From Tubiluchus corallicola (Eukaryota; Animalia; Priapulida), in NCBI GenBank assembly GCA_030141605.1, contig JAQGDQ010000201.1, positions 124,001-188,000 of the forward strand: a stretch of 64,000 nt of DNA. Reading direction: 5' to 3'. Both the position numbers and the translations under genes were made by a program. The stretch's first letter is position 1. Each line of letters opens with the position of its first letter. This document shows positions 1-14,500 of the stretch, piece by piece. The notes beneath the pieces were generated by a model. That model saw only the letters and a list, made by a program, of their open reading frames with translations, made no database searches and had not been told where the DNA came from.

Positions 1-37
1 AGCTAAATTGCTCCCCTCGGGGGTGATGAGAATGGTA

Positions 38-195
38 GCGAAGCGAAGCGTTGAATCCTAATGCTTTTGTCCACTTATTGTAAAAGTAAAACTGCTCAAT
101 TTTTGCTCACCCTAATATTTTACAGTTACATGTTATACCTTTTTTGTATTTATTAAGATAGATGGACTGACGGACGGATGGATGGACAGACAGAT
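38..195. repeat. Possible Helentron/DINE-like interspersed repeat fragment
   Basis: gcgaagcgaagc motif plus (GGAC/GGAT/GACA)n tetramer tract at about 160-193; no termini resolved. Confidence 0.3.
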
Positions 196-410
196 TCTTG
201 ACCACGAAGACCATGACAGGACCTTGCATTAAAATGTTAAGTAGAACGCCCTGAATGAATGCTTAGTCAAACCATGCTTCTGTGACCATTATGCTTGGTC
301 AAATAACGTTCGTTTTTTCTACTGCATAACAGAATTGCTTACTTTGTGTGTATGTCCACTAATAAAAAAGATCTTTACCATAAACTTTGGCATATGGCTT
401 CTTGGGTGTC

Positions 411-446
411 ACGCACGCACACACACGCACACACACACACAAACAC
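411..446. repeat. (CA)n/(CGCA)n microsatellite
   Basis: acgcacgcacacacacgcacacacacacacaaacac. Confidence 0.85.
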
Positions 447-3400
447 TCAGCTGGCTTCATACATCATCAACATTACAACTTCCCAGTACAGTATGGTTCC
501 TCGGGACATTTTGACCTGCTTCGTTTATTCTGCAGCTCTTGCTTAGAATTTGATGTTTTTACAGTACACAAAAATGACACAAACTATTCAACAAAAGAAT
601 GCCAACAGATTTCATATCTGCACAGCAGTGGATTGGCGCTGAAGTATTTGTATGTGTGTGAAAGCTATTTTATTGGTGATTATTGTTATTATGTAATGAT
701 AAATTTGAACTGGGTTGCAACAGATTGATCAAATGCTATCCTGTTTGTTTTCTCAGGGGGAATTATTCTCTTCTGGAAAAATTTACTGCGTACTCTTCAT
801 TCTTTCAAACCACTCGTTACTTTCTAGATTTCAAATGTTGCTATTGCTATTTGTAACTTATTGGTTCAAGTAGCAACGTCAGTGACTGTGAAAACAGCCT
901 GCTTAAGTACCAGCGATGTTGTAAAAAATGCTGTCTTGTCAGGTCTTTCTTTCTGAAGCATTTTCCCTACAAGTCCCATGTTGCCTAGTTATCTGCATTG
1001 CTGCTGATTAAGTAACAATCATGGCTTTATATTTGAAATCGGCTTACACTAAAGCGTTTGTTCACATGCCAGCTGAGACTGAACTGCTTTAGCCTACGTG
1101 AGCATGTTCAGGTGAGCAGTGGCAGGATGGCTTCTTTCACCCAACCTGTGAAGGCATCGGATGTACCAGAAAGACCTTAATTATATACAATAAAAACTTA
1201 AATCTTAACAGCATCCAGAGATTTTCAGGACAACCACGAAGAGGACGTCCACCACCAGCTTCCCACCACCGACTTAAGCCATTGTGTTGGTACACATTAT
1301 CAACTGGGTAACTGAGTGTGTTAGATTCATTGGGGAAGCACTATCTAACAAATAGAAACTATTGAAAAAGGCATGGTAATCTTTATTTTGTTATAGTACA
1401 GGGGGTAAATATGTAACGTTTCGGATTATTTTGATTCAGCCCTTCCTCAGCTGGTACAAAAGACTTAACTGAGCGCGATTCTGTTAAATATCCTGTACAG
1501 GCTGGAGACAACCGAACAGCTGGGACATTGCTTAAGCCATTATGACAACAATCTATCATGTTCACTGCAGTTAATCAGCTTAATTTTCAAATGCTTGCTA
1601 ATCTTTAGCTTTTGCAATCTTGGACAGTTATTGGTGTGGTAAATCTCTTAAGTCTTAAACGTGGAAAAATCCAAGGTAACGTGAAGGCATATTTTTATAT
1701 TACAAGTCGTTACCTATTTTGGAGTTATAGAAAACTGTGCAAGATCCCAAGATCCAAGCTCTGTATAAGTACACATGTGACTCGAGTTTTGATAATGTTT
1801 GCTTTCCGTCAGATTGTAACAAACTTTGGACTTTGAGTGGCGCTCCTATCAATATTCCAAAAATGGTTACAAGCTTTCTTATTGTATCATTCTAGTAAAA
1901 TATTCTTTTCCAGCACGCCAGCAGTATGACTTTGTTTTGCCAGGACTAGTGCGCTTCAAGTTTTTGTAGTAATTTATATGCTGTTTCCGCTAGATATTCA
2001 CGTTTCAGTGTTTTAAATAAGTTTTGTTGAAATTTATGGACAGTGTGTCAAGATTCGTGAGTTGAGCTGAGCGAAGATAGTGCAGTTTACTGTTGCCTTA
2101 GGCGCCGTAAGTTATTAACTAATTCATTTCGTTAACTGGACGTTCATTAGTGTCTTCAATCTAGTCATAAATTACCCCATGCGTGCAGAAAAGATTCGCT
2201 GAAATTTTTAATCTCATCACAAGGTAATTTCTCCTGACTCCCGCAGGCATATGAAAATCATTTAATTTTCGTTTAATAATCATTTGTAGAGAGTGAATTA
2301 ATTGAGCTAAAAATTGCATTTTAAAGGATTAATCAATGCATTGTGTAATTTCATTCAAGAAAAGCAAAGAGGTGAGAGAGTTCAGAGTTCATTATTAAGA
2401 AATACACGTAATTTTTCAATTAACGTAGAATAATTGGCGGAGTAGGGAGTCATTTGTTGTTTTTGATGGTCATTGTCTATCTTACGGATTTTCTTCAAGT
2501 GGTTTACAACTGCTCTTGTGGTCTGGTGCAGTCGGTGCTAACTAAGCTTACACTTTCCTTTTGGAACTAATCTTTTCCTTCTTGCCAGTCGATTGTCGGC
2601 GCTAACTAAGGTTTCTGCAATAACGTTTCTGCTTCAAAACTTTGTCACTCTGTTTTTCCTTTTGCTTAGCATTCGTCTTCTTAAACGCAGGCTTTAAAAG
2701 TTTAAACACATCAATAGATATATTTTTGCCCCTTTGTGTGCAGTAGATTCTCAACAGCTATGGTTCAGGCATTCTTGATTTTGCTGTATCCACGTAGCTG
2801 CTGTTTTGGAATTACACTTTCACTGGGCTCACTGCTCATAAGGATTTTTCCAGTACTTAACATTTGGCCACTTTAAATTAGTGTTGGAGTGTTTGCTTCA
2901 GCTGCGTTTCCTTCAACCTGTGAAGTAACGATAGATGTAAAGTCGTTACATAGCACTGTGTGCCGTCCCTTTCAGGTTTCACTGGTTTTTGCCTTTGACT
3001 GTGTGAGAATCGAAGTTAGCAAACTCAAGTTAACCCCTCAGGTGTTGTGAGGTAGTCTGATGCATGGCATCTCGCTTTAATGGAAAAAACTTTTTTTTAT
3101 TAAATTGTTTAGCTTTATGGCTGAGAATTTTAATCGATTTTTTTCTGATCGAAGACGTTTAGGAAAAGGTCTGTCTGCTTTTCCTCACAGTTATTTTGAC
3201 AATATTTTCATTTTTGTCATTTTGCTCAAGTCATTGTAATTTTTATGATATTATGAATGTCTTTAACAAATTTATTAAGGCAGAGAATTAGGACGTTAGG
3301 TCACAATTTGATTTTTGCATACTGTATATATGTATAATCACATAGACCTAATTGCTTTTTATATACTGTATCAAATTGTGAGTGTTATGGATTTTGTAAA

Positions 3401-3671
3401 GCCTCTTGCTAATTATAATTTTTATGATGCTTTTATTTTTATGACAGCTGATAAAATATAATGTCTGAAAGTTATTGCATCAAATTTGTATAAGTTCAGT
3501 GAGGCATTAAACCACTTTAGACCCTAAGGGATAGTAGTTAGCAATTATAGTGCTAGAATATAAGATTATTAAATTACAGTCATTCATTTGTGTCCTAGTC
3601 TTAACAGCTTTTTACTTTCGAATAATAATGTCAGTAATGACTATTTGGATAATGCATGATTGGTTTTTCAG

Positions 3672-6600
3672 CTGGTGGTGATCGTGTTGGATTGACTTTG
3701 GAAGGTCGATCCCAGACACCAGTCCCTACTCGACCACCCAGATCACCAAGACCTATCCGGAAAACCATCAGTCACAGTGATCATTCTATCAACATGGCCG
3801 ATATTTCACAGCCTCAAGCTGTAGAGGTAAGATACAGAAAAATCTATCAGAAAAATCCACATTATCTCATTTTTTGAAATATATTAAACAGCATGAAAAC
3901 GTTTTGTTTGTATAAAAATGTATTGCGTTTTGTTTCAAAACAGCAAGAAAATTTCATTTCTTAAGTTACCGAATCACTAAATTGTAGTTGTGAACAGAAA
4001 AAACATCCATTGTCATTTTATTAAAATCACTCCTCCACATTGGGCACACAAGTTTAAGTTTACGTTATAGTGTTTGCCTTTGAAGTTCATTAAATAGCTC
4101 CTATAAGTCTGTGTGTATTCAGTGCAACTAGGCAAACACTGATTAGTAGTCTAGCTAGACAGGCTGACACAATTATTACTTTAATTTAAAAAACATTTCA
4201 CTGTTTATAAGTAGCATTGATAGTAGCTGTATGCAAAGGTTAAGAAGGGTGTATGATCCCTTTGTTTTTTAATTTTTTTTTGAAAACAATAGTTGACGGC
4301 CAACATCAACGAAACTGTTTGCAGCAAGTTTAAATAGCAGATGCGTGCTCAGTATACTCAAGGTCTAGGCAAGAAATATACTTTAAATGACTCAGGCTAC
4401 AAATTTACTAGCACTGGTTTAAAACTAATGTGTCTGGCTCTGGCATCCTGTTATGAATAAATCTTGAAGGTTCTTATGCAATTTCTTCTTTGTACTTTGT
4501 GCTAAAAAGATCTTTTGCATCAAGCTGATTATTGTGGACCTGGCTCTTGTTTAGAGACAAACAGCGTTCATTCCCTTACGTGGCTTGACTTCTGCTATCC
4601 CTAGCTGCTATTGTAATTAGGTGGTGAGATTCGTTTAAATTCTGTAAGGAAATTAATCCGGCCAAATTGCAGATAAGTGGCGCTGCTATGACTCTGTGCT
4701 GAGCCACCACCACTGTTATAATCATGTAATGGCTTTGCACGCTAAAATATTAATCGACTGTAGTGTTCGGCCAAATTGATTTTGCTCCCCTGACTAGGCC
4801 AGAGAATGCAGAGAGTGCTCTTGTCCTGAATGAGCATGCATTTGCCGTCTTGAAGAATGGTCAGAAATGATCTGTCTAAATCAATTTGCAATTCCCCGTC
4901 AAACGAAAACGAATACAGTTAGTGTGCAAATCGCTTTAACTCTTGTGAAGTTATCTTTCTTACTTTGCCTTTCAATCAGAACGGTGCATTTCAGTTTTAG
5001 GGCTGGTTGCTGGCAAGTTTCACTGAAATATTTCAGCAAAAATTTATGACCCACTTGACCTATACAATTTTGTATTTAAGGGTTGGAAAAGATGTTTTTC
5101 TTCCCTGACATATTCAAATCTCGCAGGGCGTGTCACCTAGAGAATAGATATTCTTTGTCATCTGAGGTTATTTTATCACATTTCATGATTATAAAATGAT
5201 CAAAGTACACATACTGAAACAGGAAAACAAGCATTATTCACTGTAGTGAAATGTTGAGTATTTACTAATTGGCATTCAATAAACTCCATACCTGCCTCTT
5301 GGGGAGTCCATTACTATGAATGTGAATTACTGTCAGCACGCTTGGCTTCCTTTACATCATTTTTCTCTCTAAAATCTACTTTAGTGTGCAAAATTTTAGC
5401 GGTTATTGCATATTTTCTGCCTGGATGAGGATGATTTATAAGATTTTCACTTGCTTTATCAATGCCGATCGACCCATGTTCTGCGTCTGTAAAGTTTCTT
5501 TAGAATCTTGTTTTATACTTGCTTGCACAAAAAGTATGTTTGTCAATATTTTATTGCAAAACCAAAATTTCGGAAATTGACATTTTTGTATTTTTGACAA
5601 TAGCACTTCCATTATTGCAGCAGTGAAATTACTTGGAATGTGACAACTTGTGTGCACAGTGTAAGCACACCTTTAAATACTTTAAAGTAGGTTGTCGATT
5701 ATCCTGTTCTATCGTAATATGATAATAATGCTATTTTTATGGTGATTGTACTGATTTGTGGTTTGCAGCTTATATTTGCATCCAAGTCGTGTAATCCGTT
5801 TGACACAAGGCTTTTTAATTTGAGCCTGAATTTTTAATGGTAATTGCTAGATAATATCTGCTGGTAAAATATCGATTTCAATTCGGTCACTTTTATGGCA
5901 AAATGCTTTTGCTGGACTTTTGCTAGGCAATAATGAGACACTACATTTTCTGCTAAACCTAATTGTGATTCAGAAATTTGTTATTTAGCATTTTACCTAG
6001 ACTTTTACATTACTGTATACCATATTAGGGCCTATTCACTTCTTTGGCTTTATTCACTGAAGAGTGACAAAACTATATGTAATATGAAATTTGTTTCTTT
6101 TCAGGTAGATAAACAGAAGGAGCTTATTCAGTCTGGATTAAATACCATAAAACTGATGCTGGATAATGAGCGCAATCATTGTGAGGTAAGCTTCTGTTTG
6201 GATTAACTGAATTATTTTGTCTAACCACTATCCTTAGTTTTTGTAGGGACAATTCAGCACTGTTCTGGGGTTTGGAAATTGCAGTTTTCCCATCTCTTGC
6301 CATCTGGGGTTGTAGCCTTTTCCTAGTGTGTGAGTTTGCATAGGATGGCTCTTAATGTGTTCTGGATAGAAATGTGCAGAGGCTTGTAAGTCAACTCCAA
6401 CTATTGAGTGTATTCATAATGCCTATTGTTCATATACCCACTGTACATACATGCCTACTGTGCATATGCACGATTGATTGTGTACTACTGGGGTGAGATC
6501 TTAGACTAGCTTTGTCATGTTGAGTCAGTAGTTCAAGTGGTAGAGCATGTGCCATGAAAGCACAAATTCTTGGTTCAACTCCTAGTTGACTCACAGTGTT

Positions 6601-9600
6601 TCAATGTCTGTTTCTTCTTTTATTGGCCATTAGGCTTGAAATGATAATAAAAAATATCTTTTAAAAATAGTTACTGATACTGAATGAATTTACTGAAGGA
6701 TGCAGATTAACTTATTTTAGCTAATGTATGTGTCAAAGAATTACATCGTTTGTCAAATGTGTTGCAAAGTTACATAATTTCATTTGCCATTTGTTCTAAA
6801 ATTTAATGGCACTTGTGCTTGCAGACACTTTAGGGCTATTGTGCCTTTTTAAACAAGCAACTTAGACGTTGAACAAATGCTTTCATGTGAACAACATATT
6901 GAATGGCATTCGTATTCAGGAAATGTAGTGGTTTATGCATGGTTGGGTGTTTGGTTTACAAATTTGCATAGGATGGCGGTTTTCTTATATGTGTGAAAAA
7001 GACTTTAAACATTTTTTTTCCTAAAAATGTTGCTTGCAAAGTACAAATTGGTGACATTATCCGTCTTCATCTGTTAAAACAGATCTAAGAAAGAACATTA
7101 ATAAGAGCTTTAATGTAGAACATTAGTAAGAGCTTTAATGTAGAACGTTAATAAGAGCTTTAATGTATCATGGATTATATGGTTAAACATGTCACAAATA
7201 TTTTAAGGTGAGAATGTCTTAAAAAAGAAAAAGTGTAAAAGAAATTCAAAGCTTTTTGTTACTAGTTACAGATGATAGGCTCTAAAGTGTATTTAGTCCA
7301 TTGTTTGCAGATTCTGTGTGTAACAATAGGTAATTGAAAGCTTGAGGTTATGGCAGGTCATCTTACACGACCCATGTAGTTACTGACTTGATCTGAAGTA
7401 AAATGCTAAGGTGCTTACCGTTCATTATTATCACTTTGCAAAGGCCAAATTTTTTGCACGAAGATGATTATTTCTACTTCTCCCAGGGCCACGTGTGTGC
7501 AGAGAAAATGATGAAACCTGAGCTGTTCATAAAGTGATATTTATACTTTAATGTTTTGGTTTGTGAAACGCGCAAGATTCTGAAAAGCTTGCATTGTTGC
7601 CAGAACGTTTAAACTACATTATTAATGTTCGCATCACACTTGATTGGATTCTGAAAAGGTTAAACCAGTATTCGCAAAACAAAATGCTTTCTCAAGTGTA
7701 AGATTTTTTAAATTATTAAAGTAGAAGCTTCTGTTTGATGATTCATGATTGGTTGGTGTATCAGTGGCATTTGTTAATTGGCTATCATTAATTTTGTTTT
7801 TTCTTTTTTGTAGTTTTTTACTAGTTTATAAAACCGTTTTTGAAGGCTTTTCCCCTTTGCGGTACAGTTACATTAGTCAAATTGAACTTCCACTTCTGAT
7901 TGTGTTTTTCAAAGAGTATAGCATTATTGTAATGGAGAATGATTGTTTCGTCCTTATTTTTTTTGTATTTTAGAACCTGCAATGTAAGCTTTAGCTTTAA
8001 TTTTTAACCATCTCCAGTTTTCTTTATTATACATTCAACATCGTTAACTTTACCACTTTCAAGTTAGTTGGAATTTGTTTTATTGCTTTCAGATGGAACA
8101 TTGAACATTGTGCTTTATTGACATTTCATATGTTGTATTTTGAAAAATCATATTTTTTACAATGCCTCCACTCAAGAAGGCATTGGGGAAAAGGGCAACT
8201 TTTGTGTTAACTTTGCAATGATACATAAACAAAGTCCAATTCTGCGTTCTCCATTTCCGGGGCAGATATTGTGCATTGTGCCACAGGAATTTATAGTGGC
8301 CATAGATGTGGAGGTGATTACCGGCTACACTCGCAAAAACGCTGAACTGTAAATCTGCTTTCAGAAGAATTCCTGTTTTATGCTTAATGACTCCTCTTTC
8401 TCTTTCAGCGGCTTAAAGCAGAACAAATAAAAGATCCTAATGAGAAGAGAGAGCAGGAGATTATAGCTAGCGAAAATAAGTTGCAGTCGCTGGAAACGCA
8501 GTACAATAAACTGCATGATGCTGTCACATTTTTCCAGTCACCATCACCGGTAAGAAAGCCTCGTCAATCCATAGTGATTAGTACAGATGCATCCAATAGC
8601 AATTGGGACTTTTCAAAAGCCATTTCCTTCAGCTTGAGTGGATTCTCGTAACTCTCGTAGCAGAAATTCGTAACTCTAATTTTGTACTAATCTTCTTTTT
8701 TAAAAAAGAGAGTATACGTGTTGCGATATTATGTAGAATATGTGGGTGAAATTCTGTCATGATAGCTTTGCTTTACTTTGAACTTTTTTTATTTCATTGT
8801 CTTAAAGCCTGCACCCGCTAAGAACTAGGAAGGACAACAGCGACTATATTTATTTAAATAGTAAAATATCTCATATCAGCTGGTGTTAAATTGACCGAAC
8901 ATTATTGTTCCATTTTATTTCTGTACAACAGTAATCAGTCACTATTGCCCTATTATATAATTATAAGCTAAGTAATAGATTTGTAAAATGATTTTGCTCC
9001 CCAGCAACACAAAATTATGGTTTTGATATAATATTCTGTTTGTTTAGAGATTGTTCCTACTTGTTAACTACAGCTACTCGATATTTGCTCAGTTTTACCA
9101 GAAAATTAGGTTACTTTGCTAGTTGACGATTTCTGTTATTGTAAACAGTTTCCTTGTTGACACTTTTACTTACTGTGCTGATAGCTTCACTTATGTTAGG
9201 GTTCATAACCCTAAAGTACAATATAAATAAAGATTTATGGAAAGCCACCAAATTGTTTTGACCTTCTTGGGTAACCATTATTGTGTATACGTGCTGTTTT
9301 TGTAGGCCCTTGTCCTTTAAAAAGTGTTCAAGTGGCATTGGTTGTCATTGAAAAGTTCAGTTGCATGACTTATTGTGTCTTATCTCCAGTTTTGTATTGC
9401 ATTTATATATAATAGTACATTGTGCTAATTTTTGAGATGTCTTTGCCCTAGTCATTTAAAACTTCTGTAAGGCAGTTTACATTGTCACTTATGCAAACAT
9501 CAGGCACAGCATGTCCCACCTACTGATGTCAAGCATTCCCACAATGCACCCTTCCTGATATCTAGAGTTGTCTGCAAACTTGACTGTATGTAAATCTTCC

Positions 9601-11542
9601 TAGATGCACAGAAGTTTGAATATCTTGTTTTGTTTAGACCAATCAAAAAACAGAGTATAGGCCATATGGAAATAATATTACGTAAACTAGTTGATAAAAT
9701 ACAAATTGTTTTGAATATGGCAGGGGCAAATGGCTCACTCAAAGTTACTTTTTTGTAACTGATTACTAATACAATTAATTAAATGCAAAATAATGGCATT
9801 TTGCGTCTTGATTTTAGGCTCCGTCACCTAATACACCATCACCAAGGCAAACAGATTCTCCACCAGTGATGTACCAGGCAACCAGAGTAGAAGAAACATC
9901 CGCTTCGCCGTCCGTTCCATTGCGTAAGCCACGCCCAATGTCAATGAGTGCAGCTGACATTTCAACCACTCGACAAGATTGGGTATGTAGGAGAACCTGT
10001 TAACAAACTATGCGAAATGACTATATTTTACAATTTTTTACAGACCGGGGGTGTATAAGTCAGTGGTCTCATGCTCGCTTCCCACTTGACAGATTGCAGG
10101 TTCAACTCCCGGCAGAGTCGTACAAAAAACTTAAAAAAGGTGCCAGTGGTTCTTCGGCCAAGGTTTAACGAAGTAACATGTGGGTAAAAGTAATCGGGCT
10201 TATAAAGAGAAATAAGTAATGAGTTACTTAAGGTGTTATCCCTGGATTATGTCCTAAATGAAATTATCATTTTTATCATTATATCTAATGGGAGAACATA
10301 TGTCTTAAACTGAATTCTAATAGTCATGATATATCCCGAAAGTTTTCAGCTTCATTACTTTTTTAGCTGCATATTGTTCTTTTATATGTCACACATTTAA
10401 ATTTTCTACTGTGTATAGAATAAATTTTTTTATACATTTCAAGCTATGTTTCATACACTGAGCTTCATAAAAAAATTTCATGTCTCTTTAGCTACGTTCT
10501 GAATAAAATCTGAGCATGCTGGAAATAGTAAACTGTATGACTTTGTTCATAGCTAGATTATCTCCTTTTCTTAAAAACATGACTTTTGCATCAGCAATCA
10601 ATTCCATGCTCTTCTCTTAACAGTTACTATCATAGTTTCATTCTGCATCTAGTAATGATGTTTCTTTCTACAGAAGGCATCACATTTACGTCAGCGATCA
10701 AATCCTGACATGTTTGGAAGTTTAGGAGATGTGGCCATATCTAAGAAAACTAAACTGGAAATGGAGAAAGAGACTTCAAGAGACCCATCTCCTACTGTAG
10801 ATGATGAGCCCATGTCACCTACTCCAGAGGTAACTCCTTTTCTTATCCATATTTTGCTTTGTCCGAGCAGTTTTTCTTGCTTTGTAAATGATCACTGTAT
10901 CTAACAATAAGGAAAATATAAATGTTTTACGTGTTTGCTAAAAAATTTCAGAAAGCACTGAAGGAATTGCATTTCCAGTTTTCATACTTAATTATTGTAA
11001 AAGAGCTACACAATTTACTTTAATTTAGAAAAACTATTGTGACTGCCGTGATGGCCGAGCAACGTAAATTGACTGGGCTCTATAATGTTTTACAAAATTC
11101 ATCGTTACTTTGTGATGATGATAATAATGATGTGTCTCTCCAACTAAAATTTTAATTTCAATAATTGTGTTTAAAATGTTTACTTGCCAGTTGGGGCTGT
11201 TGTACTCTTTACTTTGTCATTGATCATTTTCTTCCATTTTTTCTGTACTGTTACTAGGGCCAAGAGCTGTTTGTTCTTCAGGCGTATCACCAGTGTAATG
11301 CTCCGTGTAGATTATGTTGTGTACAGTATCGCAACAAACCTTAGTTTTAAATAAACTTGGAACATGCTAGCTATTATCAATTTAAGAAACTGCATTTGTG
11401 TCAAATGAAATGATAAAACAGCTGTCTTAGATTTGTATATATTTGATTGCAGGAACGTCAAACCACCCATTCAGAAATGGGCAGCACACAGGTACGAGTT
11501 ATATGCATGGAAGATGAGGATTTTCCCACTGAGGGAGAAAAT
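3672..11542 (+). CDS. ARHGEF12: RhoGEF N-terminal exons: end of PDZ domain, coiled coil, Pro/Ser linker, acidic motif
   Basis: AGGDRVGLTLEGR resembles the last PDZ strand of LARG (SGSYVALTVQGR). NTIKLMLDNERNHCE/RLKAEQ..LQSLETQY is coiled-coil-like. VICMEDEDF matches the IIGAEDDDF-type acidic motif that precedes the RH domain. Confidence 0.85.
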
Positions 11543-14500
11543 GTGAGCACTTACATATTATAATTGTTAAAAAATATCTCAAGGTCTATTTTTTGTTTTA
11601 TAGTTATTTTTATAGATATGTTGGTTGCTCTGTCAAAGGTGCTCGTAGGGTAATTTGGATTTCACATTTTTTTATAAATCCAAAACCTGATATGAATTGC
11701 GCTAATTTCCACTAGACATTGGTATAACTATAGAGTAAACTTATTAGTAAATTTTTAAGTAAACTTATTAAATTTTGCTTAGTGTACTCAAACCTCACCA
11801 GGCCTTTGGCATATCATATAGCTATACTATACTTGCCAAGACAAATGCCAGTTTTTCAGACTCATATTGTGGCTGAAAGCTAAAGTAGAGTTTTACTAAT
11901 GGAAAAATAACTTTCATAATTTAAATTGAAAATCTTCAATGGTTTGTATCAAAGATAAAATAGTGTTTCCTCAGAAAATATAATGCTGCATGTGTGATTT
12001 TCCAGTTAAATTTTATTGATCGTTGTTGCTGTAATGTAACATAATTTTCCAAACTCAGCAACTTTGGATTACTTATATTTTAATGTTGTCCTCAATATCC
12101 AGTAGAAGATTCATTCAGTGCATTAACACTTTGCAGGGTTTGCACACTAATAAATAATAGTGGCTGTGAATTTCATGTTGCTTTTGCACTTTACACTAAT
12201 CTTGCTTATCTGAATAATATAGTCGCCTATAAAACAATAGCGACTAGGCTGTTGGAAGTCCTTGATAGCCTTCCCTCTTCAAATGGGGCTATTAATCGTC
12301 TTTAACGATGCTCTCGGGATGAGGCCATAGATGAAGGGAAAGTGTTTGCAGGCGAGAGACATGCATATCTGGCTTCACGATTTTTTGTCTGCTGCCTGTT
12401 GTGCAGCTGATAAATAAATTGTATTTTATTGTTAGAATACTGTGAATAAACCACCCTTGCGTGTTAAGTTCTGGCTTAGCGAAACTTGTAATAAAAACCA
12501 GGTGAACATAGTGCTGGTTGCACATGTTAGTTATTAGACTTAGGCTTTTTCTCTTTAGTTGCGAGTTATGAGACTTACACGAGAAGCCATTAGTATGTGG
12601 AATAGTAGTCCTGTCATTAGCTGTGTTCAGACATCCTATAATGACCTAGGTTAAGACGGACAGTCAGATATTTTTGATAGTTTACACTTTTTGTAAATAT
12701 CAATGTTTTTTGTATAAATGAGTTACTTTATTCTCACCACTGCAAACTCTGTGCCAATGGCCTGTATTCAAAACCTGGAAGAGCTTGACATGTGTAATGC
12801 TGTATCTTGTCATGTTTGATAAATTCTGCTTTTACTTCTATGCTCCCTTCACAACAATAGTAATTGCTGCAAATTATGTTAGCGACCAACAGAGTGCTCT
12901 GAGTATCCACCATTATTTTTTGTTGTAACTGCCATTACGCTTACATAAAGAACTAGATATATAGATGCGTGTTTGAGTTTTATGGTTTTGCACAGCCGGA
13001 TGTTGCCACACATAACTTCGTAACTTCTCTTAAGTGTATTTCCTGACAACATGTTAGAATTGTTCCAAAATTGCCCAATGAAAGTTCTTATTGTTATTGT
13101 TTTGTTTTTGTGTACATTTAGGTGGAAAGCCACGGTCCATTCACCAGTTTGCTGATATTAAGGAACAGACCTGCGCACGTAGCAGTGTTTCTGAATTACC
13201 TCATATCAAACAGTGATCCTAACCAACTGGTAAGTTACAAAATCCAATATTAAAAACAATTGTTATTTATTATGCATTATTTGTTGTCCAATTTACCACA
13301 TTTAAGTGGTAACTTACTACGTACGCCCTACTCTCCCTCACCGTAATCAGCATCTTATTGAAGTTCACGTTTTGGACTGAGCTTTGTCTTACCAGGACAT
13401 TGTCTAGATGAAGGGTATATGGTTCCAGAAAAACTAAATCATCAAGGAGTAAGGAATAAATAACTCAAGAAATGGCACACAGTTCATCTAAATATTACAG
13501 GATCTGCACTAAGCTCACACATGCAGCGAAGTTGTAAAATTGTGGAACTTAAAAGACTTGGCATGGTTGTTTATATGTTATGCTAATATAAGTAGTTGGA
13601 TATTTTTATTAAGCAAAAATATTTATCTGTGTGAAAATTGATAAAAGCCAATTTAGATTTTATGCAAGTTCGCCAATAATGCCATTAAAAACTGAAGCAC
13701 ACAGTTCAAGTCTCTCTTTTTAAGTTTATGTTTCTAGATGCAGTTGTTTCACCAACTATAAACACAAATTAACAAAATGCCTCAAAACTTGCTTAATCTT
13801 ATCAAAAATTGTTTTATAAATACATAGTCTACATAGAATAATAATATGCGTTAAGTCGGTTTTTGTATCTTAGTAGCTACTGGCAAAATACATGATGCTG
13901 ATCTTTTTTAAATATACTGTGCTGCTACTTTAAAATGTCAATTGTTTATTATAGTGTTTTTATTTTATGCAAACTGTTTTGCTTAGTGCATATTAATAGC
14001 ATGTTACATAAATGGCTTATATTTTTGCAGCTGTTTTATCAAGTTACTGAAGCCTACATGCAAGGGACGCTGAAGGAGATGAAGAGATGGGCGTACGAAA
14101 TACATTCCACCTTCCTTGTGCCTACAGCTGTAAGCTCTGACTTCACACTGTAATTTAATCTGGTTTGCCTGTTTTTCTTGAGCATATGGTTGGAGTTGAA
14201 GCGTGTGCGCTGCATCAACATGAATTCCAGTATTAAAGCATTGCGTTTCCTGTGTGTTAATTAGCAGGTGGTATTGCATTACACTTCTGGTAGTTAGAAA
14301 GTTTTTGTGTAGGCATCTATAGCTAACAACTATTGCATCCATACAAAGAAAAGATTAATTATTAACTCACCTAGAGTTGTTTATTCATGACATATTTATC
14401 GTAGTTAGTTCAGCCATCCTTTGATGCTTTTTGTTAAATCACGAAAATACTTGCACAAAGAATGTTTGTTGAATTACCTAATCTACAATTACTTTTTTAT

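Noticed and set aside
6522-6593. Functional tRNA-Ser(TGA) gene
   Set aside because: No U33, no long variable arm, T-stem mismatch and no adjacent poly-T terminator; kept only as tRNA-like.
7092-7166. 25-bp repeats as a possible CRISPR array
   Set aside because: Head-to-tail repeats with no spacers, no cas genes, and a eukaryotic intron context.
11044-11080. gccgtgatggccgagc, resembling a tRNA 5' end or A box
   Set aside because: Too short, with no B box or 3' half.
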